A stretch of 64,000 nt of DNA, taken from Phaeosaccion multiseriatum. Taxonomy: Eukaryota > Protista > Ochrophyta, other classes. A program made the position numbers and the translations under genes. Below the pieces are notes generated by a model that worked only from the letters and a program-made list of their open reading frames with translations, searched no databases and was not told where the DNA came from. The DNA is taken from positions 620,001 through 684,000 of the forward strand of contig OZ218961.1 in the NCBI GenBank assembly GCA_965112735.1. Reading direction: 5' to 3'. This document shows positions 1 to 11,178 of the stretch, in pieces. Numbering within the stretch: position 1 is the stretch's first letter; each line of letters begins with the position of its first letter.

Positions 1-9
1 TGTTTTCAG

Positions 10-2040
10 TTTCTCGGGCAAGCGCAGTCTCGAGGCGCAGCGCATTATCGACGCCATTCAGGTATATGGGTAGGGAGGGAGGGGGGATGGCAGTGAATGT
101 ATTTGGGTGTGGGTTGTCCAACAGCAGGCCTCTCCTCCAAGCCCACGCCCCCCCCGCCCGCCTATGTCTACCTCCCCCTGCCACCCCGGGACTGCAGGGC
201 CGAGAGTGGGGGCTCATGCTTCTGGACGAGGTGCACGTGGTTCCCGCCAAGATGTTTCGTAAGGTACGTGGGGGTACGTACGGAACTACGTAAGGAAAAA
301 AGGGGGGGGGGGGTGACCAAGCTTCGGACAGTCCACTCTGCAAGACCCCATGGACCGGGGATTTCGCATGCCCCTCCCTGCGTCCTGACACCCCCTCCCC
401 TCCCTGTGTCCTGACACCAACTGCTGCGTCTGATTCCGCTGCTCTGGTGTTATTCCCTCCCTCCCTCCCCCTCCTCCCCCTCCCTCCGTCCCTCCGTCCC
501 TCCCTCCCTCCCTACCTCTCTCCAGGTGCTGGGTGTGGTGAACGCTCACTGCAAACTCGGCCTCACCGCCACTCTGGTGCGTGAAGACGATCTCATCTCG
601 GATTTGAACTTCCTCATTGGCCCTAAGCTCTATGAGGCGAATTGGATGGACCTCACCCAAGCAGGTGCGTGCGGTTTGAGTTTGAGTTTGGAGGTGGAGT
701 TTTCTTTCGTTCCTCCCTCCCTCCCTCCCTCCCTCCCTCCCTCCCTCCCTCCCTCCCTCCCCCCCTCTCACCCGCCCTCCTTCCCTCCCTCCCTCCCTCC
801 CTCCCTCCCTCCCTCCCTCCCTCCCTCCCTCCCTCCCCCCCTCCCTCCTCCCCCAGGCTACCTGGCCAATGTGCAGTGTGTAGAGGCGTGGTGCCCAATG
901 ACGGCAGAGTTTTACAGCGAGTACTTGAAGGAGGGCACGACAACGCGTTGGAGAGAGCTGCTGTACGTGATGAATCCCAACAAGTTTCGCACGGCAGAGT
1001 TTCTCATCAACTTTCACAAGCAGCGCCACGACAAGATCATCCTCTTTGCCGACAATGTGTTCGCCCTCAAGGTAAGAAGAAGTTACAGGAACAAGTACCT
1101 AGTAAGAAGAAGTTACAGGAACAAGTACCTAGTAAGAAGAAGTTACAGTAACAAGTACCTAGTAAGAAGAAGAACTTAGGAAGAAGAAGTCACAGGAACA
1201 AGTGCCTAGTAAGAAGAAGTTACAGTAACAAGTAAGTACCTAGTAGGAACAAGTATGTGTTTTGTGGGGTGGGATGAGGAATTGGATTTCTCTTTCTCTC
1301 ACTGCCTACCTGCCTGTCTGCCTGGCTGCCTGCCGCTGTGGCACTGGAATCACAGGTGTACAGCCAACTGCTCAAGATCCCCTATATCTACGGAGAGACG
1401 CCCCACGGCGAGCGAGAGCGCATCCTTAGCATGTTCCGCGTGTCAAAGGCGGGACTCGACTGCATTGGCCTTAGTAAGGTAAGATCCCTCTTAAGATGAA
1501 GATGAGGTCTCAAGAGTACGACCAATATATATATATATAATATATATATATATATATTATATATATATGTATATATATATTTATGTGTGTGTAATATCCT
1601 CCGCCTTTGCCTTCTCTCCGACTCTCCATCTCTCTCTATCTCTCGCTTCCCTTCTCTCCCTCCTTCTTCCACACTTTTGCTCTCTCCACTCCCCTGATAG
1701 CGAAGCGAAGCTTTGTGTTCACCGCCTCCTCGCTGCTGTGCCATCGTGTCTTCTTCTGACAGTTACCTTTCGTGCGGTTCTTGTCTCCTCTCTCCCTGTC
1801 TCTCTGTCTCTCACACACACAAGCTTCTCTCTCCCTCGCTCTTTCTTTCTCACTCACTCCTTCTCTCCTCCCCTATCTCTCGACCTCTCTCCCTCCCTCC
1901 CTCCCTCCCTCCCTCCCTCCCTCCCTCCCTCCCTCCCTCCCTCCCTCCCTCCCTCCACCCTCTCCCTTGTGCCAGGTGGGCGACACTTCCATTGATATTC
2001 CCGAGGCCAACGTCATCGTGCAGGTGAGACGCACACACGT

Positions 2041-2072
<32 letters not shown>

Positions 2073-3813
2073 GCGCGCGCGCATAGCAGGCTAGACTGCA
2101 TCAGCCTACTCCTTATGGACTCACCCAAGCGCCATCCTGCTGCTTGCTCCCTCCCCTTGTCTTGTGCCGCAGGTGTCGAGTCACTTCGGCAGTCGAAGGC
2201 AAGAGGCGCAGCGCCTAGGAAGGATCCTAAGGCCCAAGGTACGCGCCGTTCGGTGTAGCACAGTCATTACTCACACATTCTGTGGTTCCTCCCTCCTCCT
2301 CCTCCTCCTCCTCCTCCTCCTCCTCCTCCTCCTCCTCTTCCTCCTCCTCCTCCTCCTCCTCCTCCTCCTCCTCCTCCTCCTCCTCCTCCTCCCTTCTCCT
2401 CCTCCTCCTCCTCCTCCTCCTCCTCCTCCTCTTCCTCCTCCTCCTCCTCCTCCTCCTCCTCCTCTTCCTCCTCCCTCCTCCTCCTCCTCCTCCTCCTCCT
2501 CCTCCTCCTCTCCCTCCTCCCTTCTCCTCCTCCTCCTCCTCCTTCTTCTTCTTCTTCTTCTTCTTCTTCTTCTTCTTCTTCTTCTTCTTCTTCTTCTTCT
2601 TCTTCTTCTTCTTCTTCTTCTTCTTCTTCTTCTTCTTCTTCTTCCTCTCTATACACCACACATACTCTGTTTTGTCTTGCCTTCTCGTGGGCACAGGAGA
2701 GAGGAAGAGAGGCGTGGATGGGGAGGGAGGGCGGGAGGGAATGAAGGATGGCAGTGGATGGGAAGGGAGGGAGAGAGGGAGGGAGGGCGGTGTACTTGCT
2801 CTGCTCTAGTCATAAGGCCCCACTCAATCGAAAGCGTGAACCAACGAGAAGCCCATCCACACGTCCACCCCCTCCCACCTCTCACCTTCTCACGCCATTT
2901 GACGCCGGTCATGCTCAGTTCCAGCCGTGGCACCCCACCCCACCACCCACTGTCCTGACACCCACCCACCCCCTGTCCTGACACCCCGCACCAGTTGGAC
3001 ACGGACGTGGCTGACGGTTTCAACGCCTTCTTCTACACTCTCGTGAGCACAGACACTGCGGAGATGCACTTCTCGGCAAAGAGGCAGCAGTACTTAGTGG
3101 ACCAGGGATACACGTACAAGGTAAGGTACCAGTGTCAGGACAGAGGGGGTGGGGGGTGTCAGGGAAGTGGGTGGGTGGATGTCAGGAGAGAGAGAGGCCG
3201 TGTCAGGACAGTGAGGCTGAGTGTGAGGACGGTGGGTGAGTCTCAGGACAGTGAGTGGGTGGATGGGTGTGTGGAGTTGGGTCCCTCGTTCACCAACGGC
3301 ACACTCTCTGCTGACCCTGCTGACCCCTTCCCCCCCCCCCTCCCTCCCTCCCTTCCTCCCTCCCTCCCTCCTCCCTTCTTTCCACTCTCCCCTCCTCCCC
3401 CTCTCCCCTTTATTATACTCTCAAAAAAGGTGGTGACTGATTTGGTGGACAATGCCCAGCAAGATGGAGCCCTCATGACAAAGAAGGCGGAGATGCTTCT
3501 CCTCCGCGACATGCTCAACGCGGATTATGCTTCCATGATGGCGGAGGAGGAGAATGCGCTCAAGCGAGCAGAAGCCGACCAAATCGAACAGAACGGACCG
3601 GGAGGAGGAGGGGGCGGAGGGAAGCCGAAGGTCAAGAGGAAGGTCGGCAACATCAACAATCTGTCGGGGGGGGCAGGAACGAGGTATCTGGAGTACAGTA
3701 CCGGGGGGGGAGGGAAGGGGGGTGGAAAGGGGTCCTCCTCCTCTAGCAGCAACAAGCCGCAGCATGCGTTGTTTAAGAAGCGGTTCCTTAAAGTGCAGAG
3801 TAAGCCCTCCTGA
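10..3813 (+). CDS. XPB: TFIIH DNA helicase/translocase XPB (ERCC3/Ssl2), 3' part; 5' end lies outside the window. Exons about 10-61, 198-263, 526-664, 857-1071, 1356-1478, 1976-2023, 2173-2238, 2995-3120, 3430-3813
   Basis: The spliced translation contains XPB motifs [10 protein letters not shown] (DEVH box), [52 protein letters not shown] and [26 protein letters not shown]. All joins are GT-AG and in frame. Confidence 0.96.
1072..1253 (+). repeat. 30-bp tandem repeat (GTAAGAAGAAGTTACAGGAACAAGTACCTA) starting at an XPB intron donor
   Basis: Three near-perfect copies from 1072, then degenerate copies. Confidence 0.9.
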
Positions 3814-3817
3814 GGAG

Positions 3818-3907
3818 TTACGTATGTACCTTACGTACGGGTTGCACTAGGCCCTCCTGAGTTGGTCCTGACACCTCACTGGAGCACATACGTAGGTACA
3901 TACGTAA
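3818..3907 (+). other. 14-bp perfect inverted repeat just after the XPB stop codon
   Basis: TTACGTATGTACCT (3818-3831) is the reverse complement of AGGTACATACGTAA (3894-3907). Confidence 0.75.
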
Positions 3908-4238
3908 GAGTCAGACCTGAACCAGACGCCTCGTACTGGGAGCAGCACGTACGTATGTTCCTTACGTAAGTAGATACCTACGTATTTGCCGGACCTACCC
4001 AAACCCTCTACTCTGCGGGCAGAGGTTGTGAACTGTTGAGGAGGGAGGACGGCGAGAAGAGCAGCAGTAAGCTAAGGAACAGGAGCGTAAGCGGCAGGAG
4101 CAGTAGGTGCTGATACAGCAGCCGCAGGAGAGGGAGGGAACAATCGAGCAACGCCACCCGCGCCGCCGCTGCTCTTTTCGGGTGCCGGAGCGACGAAGCT
4201 GAGCCTCTCTCGCTCTCGCTCTCTCTCTCTTTCTTTCT

Positions 4239-4278
<40 letters not shown>

Positions 4279-5249
4279 TCGCTCTTTCTCGCTCTCTCTC
4301 TTCGCTCTCTCTCTTTCTTCTCTCGCTCTCTCTCTCTTTCTTTCTTCTCTCGCTCTCTCTCTTCGCTCTCTCGCTCTCTCTCTCTCTCACTCTCTCGCTC
4401 TTTCTCGCTCTCTCTCTTCGCCTCTCTCTCGCTCTCTCTCTCTGTGTGTGTGTACACACTGTATCGAGTGCAATGCGAAACAGCCAAAGCAAGCATGCCA
4501 AGCAAACATTGGCCGTGTGTTGTGTGTCCAGTAACGAACCAAAATACTGGCATCTCCCCTCCAATTTTGATTTAATTAACAACTAAATCGAATTATTATA
4601 TTAATTTTAAAGTATATCATCAGAGCCTCTAAAGGTCTCTCTCTATCTCTCTCGTAAGTATAAGTCAGTGCGGGGCTACTCAGGGTGTCGGCCTTGCACC
4701 ATCGACTGCCATCCTTTTCTCGCGCCCCCAGCCCCCCACCTCCCCTCTCCTTCCCCTCGTTGCTTGTGCGTTGGTTTGCTTCGCTTCGCTCTAATTCTAA
4801 AACGGCAAAAACAAAGCATATGCCTAACCGCCAAAGCATAATCGATTCTGAACCCCTCCACCCACCCGACGGTCACGACAGGGCGTAAAAACAAGTTGAT
4901 GCCATGGCATACCCCGTCCTTCCTGTTCGCGCTCCCTTCCCACTGCTGCTTTCCCTCCCTCCCTCCCTCCCTCCCTCTCTCTACCCAACCCGTCCCCCTC
5001 CTTGCCCACCTTCACTCGGTTGTGTACGTGGACATGGAGGGAAGCGGAAATGACCCATATGACCCATACGTAATCTTACGTACCCCTCCCCCCCCCCGTG
5101 TTGCGCCTCTATACAGTAACGGCAATCAGGACAAGAGGTGACTTGCTTGGTAAACCCTCTTGCCATGTATAATATGCCTCTAAATGACCACTGCCCCCCC
5201 AGAGCTCTCGCCCTCGCTCGCGTACCTGAGCCTGAGCCTTACATAAGCG

Positions 5250-7547
5250 TTACATAAGCGTACACGTGCACCCAGGAGCAGCAGCACGAGCCTCCGCAGC
5301 AACCATTGGTGGTCCGTCCTCAGGAACTGGTGCCAACTCTCGGTCATGGGCGGCGCTGCTGCTGTGGTTGTCACGCCGTCGAGCGCCACTGAGCGAAGAG
5401 TCCTTCCTATCGTCCTCCGGCACACTCACATTGGAAAGCTGCCTCGCTCTCTTGGTCTCGGAAGGCGAGTGACTAAATGCCCTCCCCTTGAGCCCCATCT
5501 CAGCGGGGCCCTGAAACGCTCGAAACACCCGCTCGAAGGAAGGGCGCTCCTTCGGGTCCCCACTCGCGCAGTCCACAAGTATGCTCCGTACACTCTCAAT
5601 GCCCCTCCAGCAAGGCGCGATGCCTCCGGAGGCATCTGTCATCAACCGAGCGTTACACGGATGGTCGAGAGGGCTGGTTTTGGTCTCCGCGGCCTGCACC
5701 ACATCGTGAAAGCCTGCTCCCTTCCAAACCTCTCGGCCGGAGAAGAGCGACATCATCACCAAGCCAAAGGAGTACGTGTCTACGGTAACGCCATAAGGCT
5801 CGTTAAGCAACACTTCCGGCGCCATGTACCGCGCGGTTCCCGTGGCGCCCGTCATTCTGTAAGCAGTGCCCTTTTCACTAGGCAGGTGCTTGGCCAAGCC
5901 AAAGTCTCCAATCTTGGCGTTGAGGTACGCGTCGACAAAGACATTGGAGGGTTTGAGGTCTCGGTGTATGATGGGCGGGGTGGCGCCGTGCAAGAAGCAA
6001 ATACCCTGTGCGATTTGCTCCGCGAGGGAGGCCTTGTCAATGCGACTCAAGCGCCTACAAGCCCGAGAAGCAGCACCATGAACACCCCCCACAGCGGCAG
6101 CAGGAGCAGCCGCACCACCTACCCCAGTAGCGAGAGCAGCAGCAGCAGTAGTAGTGACTCCTCCTTCGTCTTCGCTGTTCTCATCCATCAAGTCCTGTAA
6201 GGTACCTCCGCTCATCAACTCCATAATACACATGAGTCCGAGGTTAGGACAGTAAGACGCCCCCAGGAAGAGCACGATGCGGGGGTGGCGTAAGCTCGCC
6301 AAGAGCTCAATCTCCTTGGCGAGGTCGGACAAGGCTTCCTCGAGAGAGGCGTCTTGGTCTTCGCTCTCTTGCTGGGAGGAAGAGCTGTCACCATCGCCAC
6401 CACCACCACCTCCACCACCAACGCCGCGATCACCGCCGCCGCCGCCGTCGCCGCCAATGAAAGCCTTTCCAGACAAGCGTGAGAGCGTCTTGACGGCAAC
6501 TGGCAGCTGTCTCCACGTGCTCATGTACACACTGCCCATGCCCCCCTGGGCAAAGGGTTCGTTGGGCATGCCCGGCAAAATCTCTCCTGGGCTGAGGAGC
6601 CACCCCCCCTCCCTGCCCGAGTCTAGGAGCTGCTGCAGGCAGAGCTGCCCTCGGGTGAAGTCCCCCACGAGGCCTAACTGCAAGTCTTCGTCGACCACAG
6701 AGCTGATGGCTCGACAAAGCTCCTCTTCCACGTAGAGCATACGATTCATGCGCGAAGTGCACGCACGGAACCAGTCCAGCGCTCCCATGCCCAGACCGGC
6801 CGCGGAGCCCCCCTGAGCCACTATTGTTTTGACTCTGTGGCACTCTTCCGACTGCGATATGAAAGAATCGCATTGGGGCCGGAGTTGGCCAGAGATGAAG
6901 CCCGTGAAGGCCCGGGCCAGCCCATCCTGTCTGCTTATGAGGGACTTTACCTTGGCCACCACTTTGGGGTCGGTCTCCACTCTGCCTGCTGCCAGCGCGC
7001 CCCCTATCAGCGCCCTCTCCTGGCCGATGCTCTCCTTCAGGCGGAGGAAGCACACGTATCCATCAAACGGTTGCTGCTGCTTCTCATGCTTCTCCTCCTT
7101 CTCCGACTGCAGCTGTGACTGCTGCTGCTGCTGCTGCTGCTGGTGGTGCTCCTCCTTCTGCTTCTGCTGCCCCTTGAGCGCCCCCACGATGCTGCCTACC
7201 TTAGCTAAACAGACATTGAGCAGGCTTGTGTAGAAGTCACACGCCTCGTAGTAGCTCGCCTTGCCCCCGTCCATTATCTCCCTCTGCGCCTTGATCTTCT
7301 CCAGCGGTATAACGGCCTGCAGGAAGGCGCCGCTCCTGCCCGCCCATCTCGTCTCCGTGTACGCCCGCTGCGTGTCGAGCAGCTCCACACCAGTGCCCTG
7401 CCCGCTCCCCACATGGATCGAGGTGAGGCCCCTCTCCTTTTGGAGCTCGTGTATCGCGCCGCCCAGGCACATGAGCTGCGAGGCAGGCTCCCCATCCTTG
7501 ATGCTCCGGTCTTCCCTCATCCCCCCTTTATGCTCCCCATTCCTCAT
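5250..7547 (-). CDS. NIT (nitrate/nitrite-sensing) domain fused to a TKL/Raf-like protein kinase; single exon, 765 aa
   Basis: The N-terminal half has NIT-like motifs IHELQKERG..S....S, L.TQRAYTE, FLRLKESIGQERA and WFRACTSRMNRMLYVE. The C-terminal half has an intact kinase: GGMGSVY, VAVK, LRHPRIVLFLG, HRDLKPSN, DFG, GTARYMAPE, DTYSFG, P.ERPSF. Confidence 0.88.
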   Translation of the reverse strand: MRNGEHKGGMREDRSIKDGEPASQLMCLGGAIHELQKERGLTSIHVGSGQGTGVELLDTQRAYTETRWAGRSGAFLQAVIPLEKIKAQREIMDGGKASYYEACDFYTSLLNVCLAKVGSIVGALKGQQKQKEEHHQQQQQQQQSQLQSEKEEKHEKQQQPFDGYVCFLRLKESIGQERALIGGALAAGRVETDPKVVAKVKSLISRQDGLARAFTGFISGQLRPQCDSFISQSEECHRVKTIVAQGGSAAGLGMGALDWFRACTSRMNRMLYVEEELCRAISSVVDEDLQLGLVGDFTRGQLCLQQLLDSGREGGWLLSPGEILPGMPNEPFAQGGMGSVYMSTWRQLPVAVKTLSRLSGKAFIGGDGGGGGDRGVGGGGGGGGDGDSSSSQQESEDQDASLEEALSDLAKEIELLASLRHPRIVLFLGASYCPNLGLMCIMELMSGGTLQDLMDENSEDEGGVTTTAAAALATGVGGAAAPAAAVGGVHGAASRACRRLSRIDKASLAEQIAQGICFLHGATPPIIHRDLKPSNVFVDAYLNAKIGDFGLAKHLPSEKGTAYRMTGATGTARYMAPEVLLNEPYGVTVDTYSFGLVMMSLFSGREVWKGAGFHDVVQAAETKTSPLDHPCNARLMTDASGGIAPCWRGIESVRSILVDCASGDPKERPSFERVFRAFQGPAEMGLKGRAFSHSPSETKRARQLSNVSVPEDDRKDSSLSGARRRDNHSSSAAHDRELAPVPEDGPPMVAAEARAAAPGCTCTLM

Positions 7548-7682
7548 AAACGCCGGCCTTCCCTCTCATCGATGAAGGGAAAGATCACGAATGCGCGTCA
7601 AGTGCGCGTGGAAGGCCTCCTCATCCAGCTAGAGAGTCACAGATGGTTCTGCTGCTGCTGCTCCTACCGCGGAACCTACCCG

Positions 7683-8684
7683 ATGGTATCGACTGGCGGT
7701 GTTGCCAGTGCTGCTGCTACTGCTTCAGAGGAAGGAGTGGATGGGCTGCTCTTTGAAGCTTGCCATGAGGTCTTGGCAAAGCTCGAGCTGTTCCGCATTG
7801 TCTTGGGATACACTGGCAAGGGGCACTTCTGCTTCGTGGCAAGTGCGAGTAAGCAATGGAAGGCCAGATACATGGCTCTGTATCCAGCAGTAGAGACAGC
7901 CTATTCATCTGTGGTCAGCTCTGTGGAGTGCTTGAACTGGGCGACAAGTCAGCAGCGCCTCGAGCTAAGCGCCAAGCTCTTCAAGGCGGCTGCCCGGCAT
8001 GGAGATGTCGAGGTATGCAAGGCCCTCCATAGCAAGGACTGTCCTTGGAATGAGCGTGGCATGAACATGTGTCACGCAGCAGCGTTCAACAGGAAGCATG
8101 GTCTGAGCGTACTGAAGTGGCTACGCTCGGAGGACCTTCCTGGCAAGGAGCCGTGCCCATGGTACGATGACGGCAGCGTCATGAGCGGTATGGCCGCAGA
8201 GGAAGGGCAATTGGAGATGCTCAAGTGGCTCATGTCGGACGACGGCAACGCACAAGTTGATTCCGGATCTTGGGCCGACGCATGTGAAGGTGGGCATGTT
8301 CCCGTCGTGGCATGGCTTTTCGAGCATCGTCCCACGAGAGCCTTGCTGGGAGAGAATGAAGACGGCGAGTGGCGCCGTGGGGCTTTCTGTGCGGCCCGAG
8401 GCGGCCGCCTCGAGGTACTGCAGTTCCTCCACGCCAATGCTCGTGACCTCTGCGATTGGAATGCTGAGGTGTGTTTCAACGCAGTCGCACACGGCAAGAG
8501 CCTTGCGGTGCTGAAGTGGCTCCGGTCGGAGGAAGTGCAGTGCGAGTGGGACGAAGAATCGTGCCCGCAGGTCATCAGGGACAGTGTGTTCGAATATGAG
8601 GGATGGGACATCGACGCCAAAGCCTTTGAAGAGATGAAGGAGTGGGTGCACGCCAATGGGCGCCCCTGCGACTGCCAGGACTGA
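7683..8684 (+). CDS. F-box-like/ankyrin-like repeat protein, family copy 1 (start could be 7572)
   Basis: Repeats AARHGDVEVCKAL..KDCPW, AAEEGQLEMLKWL, ACEGGHVPVVAWL and AARGGRLEVLQFL. Clearly paralogous to five other copies in the window. Confidence 0.85.
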   Translation: MVSTGGVASAAATASEEGVDGLLFEACHEVLAKLELFRIVLGYTGKGHFCFVASASKQWKARYMALYPAVETAYSSVVSSVECLNWATSQQRLELSAKLFKAAARHGDVEVCKALHSKDCPWNERGMNMCHAAAFNRKHGLSVLKWLRSEDLPGKEPCPWYDDGSVMSGMAAEEGQLEMLKWLMSDDGNAQVDSGSWADACEGGHVPVVAWLFEHRPTRALLGENEDGEWRRGAFCAARGGRLEVLQFLHANARDLCDWNAEVCFNAVAHGKSLAVLKWLRSEEVQCEWDEESCPQVIRDSVFEYEGWDIDAKAFEEMKEWVHANGRPCDCQD

Positions 8685-8750
8685 GAGGAAAATAACCTAC
8701 TGGCCTCTGACGGATAGATAGGTAGGTAGATAGATAGAGTTAGAGAAATG

Positions 8751-8799
<49 letters not shown>

Positions 8800-9094
8800 G
8801 GAGATGGTAAAGAGTGCGACAGTGCTTTGACCTGGCTGCCTTCCAGCGTGCTGGAGGGCATTCCGACTGCGCGTAAGTAAGCACAGGTCAGTGGATAGAT
8901 AGCTGGGTGGACGGACGTGACTCGACTCGCGTGGAGGCGCTGTAGAGAGGGATGGTTTGACATGCGCTCTATGGTGAACACACACATGGTCTCTGTGCAT
9001 ACAGCTGGTGGCATGTTCGTGGGAGGGAAAGGCCTTGTGGTGTCCGGCTGGTGGGCGGTCAGTAGACAGAGGGGTAGTCCGACCGTAATAATGG

Positions 9095-9163
<69 letters not shown>

Positions 9164-9349
9164 GAGATGTGACGAAGAGACGTGCCCCGCCAGGAGTGAT
9201 GGAGAGTGAAGGAAAAAGGGGGAGAGGGGGAGGGCGACAAAAAAAATTCAGTTTCTTGGCCCCGCCCTCACTTCATCTCCTTTTCCTGTTTTGTGGCGCC
9301 TGTGACCAACTCGAGGGGAACGCTTGACGCTCAGGCACGTACAGATAGC

Positions 9350-10860
9350 ATGGCAGGATCTGTACGTGAGCGAGCCATGTTGCTCTGCTTTGTGGCCTTG
9401 TCGCTCGTTTGTCATCTCTGTGCATTTAGTTTTGGGGGCACTGGGCCTCCTGTTGGCCGTCGTCAAGCGGCGTCGACGTTCCTAGCAGCCGCCCGAGGAG
9501 GGGGGGGCTTTGGAAAGGCAACGTCTTCGGGTGCGAGTAAGAAGTCGGGCAGCAAGAAGAAAACGAAAGCTCCCTCTGCGCCCTTGTACACTCTGGACGA
9601 TGGGCCGAGCATCGAAAAGTACCTCAGCCCCCGTCTGTTTGAAGACCCAGCTATTCTCAAAGGCGTGGGCGATAAGCTGCGGGCTGGTGAGATTGTGGTA
9701 CTTCGCGACGCCTTTGTGCCCAAGTTTGCCGAAGCCATGTACGAGGAATTACACTCGACGGATTCGTGGTCGCTGAATGAGGACTACATGCCGGATGGCT
9801 ATCATTTCCGACACTTTAACGTTTACGACAAGAAGGACTTCTCGCCCCTCTTCTTGTCCGCCAATGAGGTCTTTGACTCGGACGAGACCAAGGCATTTCT
9901 GACAAAGCTGACGGGCCGCGACTGCTCTGGTGCCTCGGTTGGCGCACCAAGCTACTATGGCGCAGGAGACCATTCCTTACCGCACACCGATCACATTGGG
10001 CAGCGGTCGGTGGCTTATATTTGGCATTTGAGCAAGAATTGGAAGCCGGAATGGGGTGGCGGGCTCTACTGGGCTCAAGAACCGCTCGCCAATGCCTACC
10101 TGCACGCGAGCTTCAACACGCTGGTGCTGTTTTCCGTCACGCCGCAATCGGTACGTAGTAGGAGGAAGGGGGAGGAGGTGGTGGTGGAGGAGGAGGCGGA
10201 GGAGGAGGAGGAGGAGGAGGAGGAGGAGGAGGAGGAGGAGGCGGAGGAGGAGGAGGAGGAGGAGCAGGAGGAGGAGGAGGGGCAGGAGGAAGGGAGAGGA
10301 GGAGGTGGTGGAGGAGGAGGAGGAGGAGGAGGAGGAGGAGGAGCGGGAGGGAGGAGGTTCCGTTCCCGAATGCTTTTGCTTACGTATACACACAGGCACA
10401 GTGTCATGTAGTTCCATACCTCAGTCACTCCCCCCTCACTCGGGACTGACCACACCACTTGGCACACCCGTATCCCTCGCATCTACCTACACCTGTCGCG
10501 CCATCGTTTGGGTCCATTGCCTCCGATTCCGCCATCAATCAAACACAAACCCATCAACGCCAACAGGCACACTTTGTCACCACGGTGAGCCCTCGTGCTA
10601 AGGAGAAGCGCTTGGCCTACAACGGCTGGTGGCACTCCTCCTGGGTGCCCACCGCGAGCGACCCGCTCGAGGACATGCTGGCCACCCCAGAGCAGCGGCT
10701 AACGCTGACACACGCACAGATTATGGCCATCCAAGACTTGCTGGACGACCCTTGGGCGCCCCGTATTCAGCCGCCCGAGCGGCAGGAGAAGATTGCCGAG
10801 CTTCGGACGAAGATTATGGAGGAGCTGTATCCTGCGATGAGATCGCCACCTGTCGTGTAA
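9350..10860 (+). CDS. 2OG-Fe(II) oxygenase (P4H/Ofd1-like fold) with an N-terminal signal-type presequence; exons 9350-10150 and 10567-10860
   Basis: HTD (HxD), VAYIWHLSKNWKPEWGGGL, FNTLVLFSV, distal His (SAHFV) and KRLAYNGW. One GT-AG intron contains a (GGA)n tract. Confidence 0.85.
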
Positions 10861-11118
10861 CGGTTTATTGGATGGATGGATGGATGTATGGATGGTACTT
10901 CACGGCCTCGAGATGAGGTCAAGTGGACAGGAATAGAGGTCCGACCCCATGGTGTGGTGATTCATGATTGTGGATGGTGCTGGATGGGTGGGTGGGGCAG
11001 TGTATATATTATTCTTTTCGTTTATATCTATATATATATATATATTATATATATATATATATTTGGGCAGCTGAAATGTTCTCTCAATCCCGATGCCCCA
11101 GCCCCGCGAGAAGCTTAC

Positions 11119-11178
<60 letters not shown>

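Noticed and set aside
2164-2958. Poly-L/P/S/E/R ORFs, and the many GGRE, PPSL, HT and CV ORFs throughout the window
   Set aside because: Microsatellite artefacts inside introns.
3811-3907. Selenocysteine recoding of the XPB TGA via the downstream hairpin
   Set aside because: No recognisable SECIS core, and the stop falls at a plausible XPB C-terminus.
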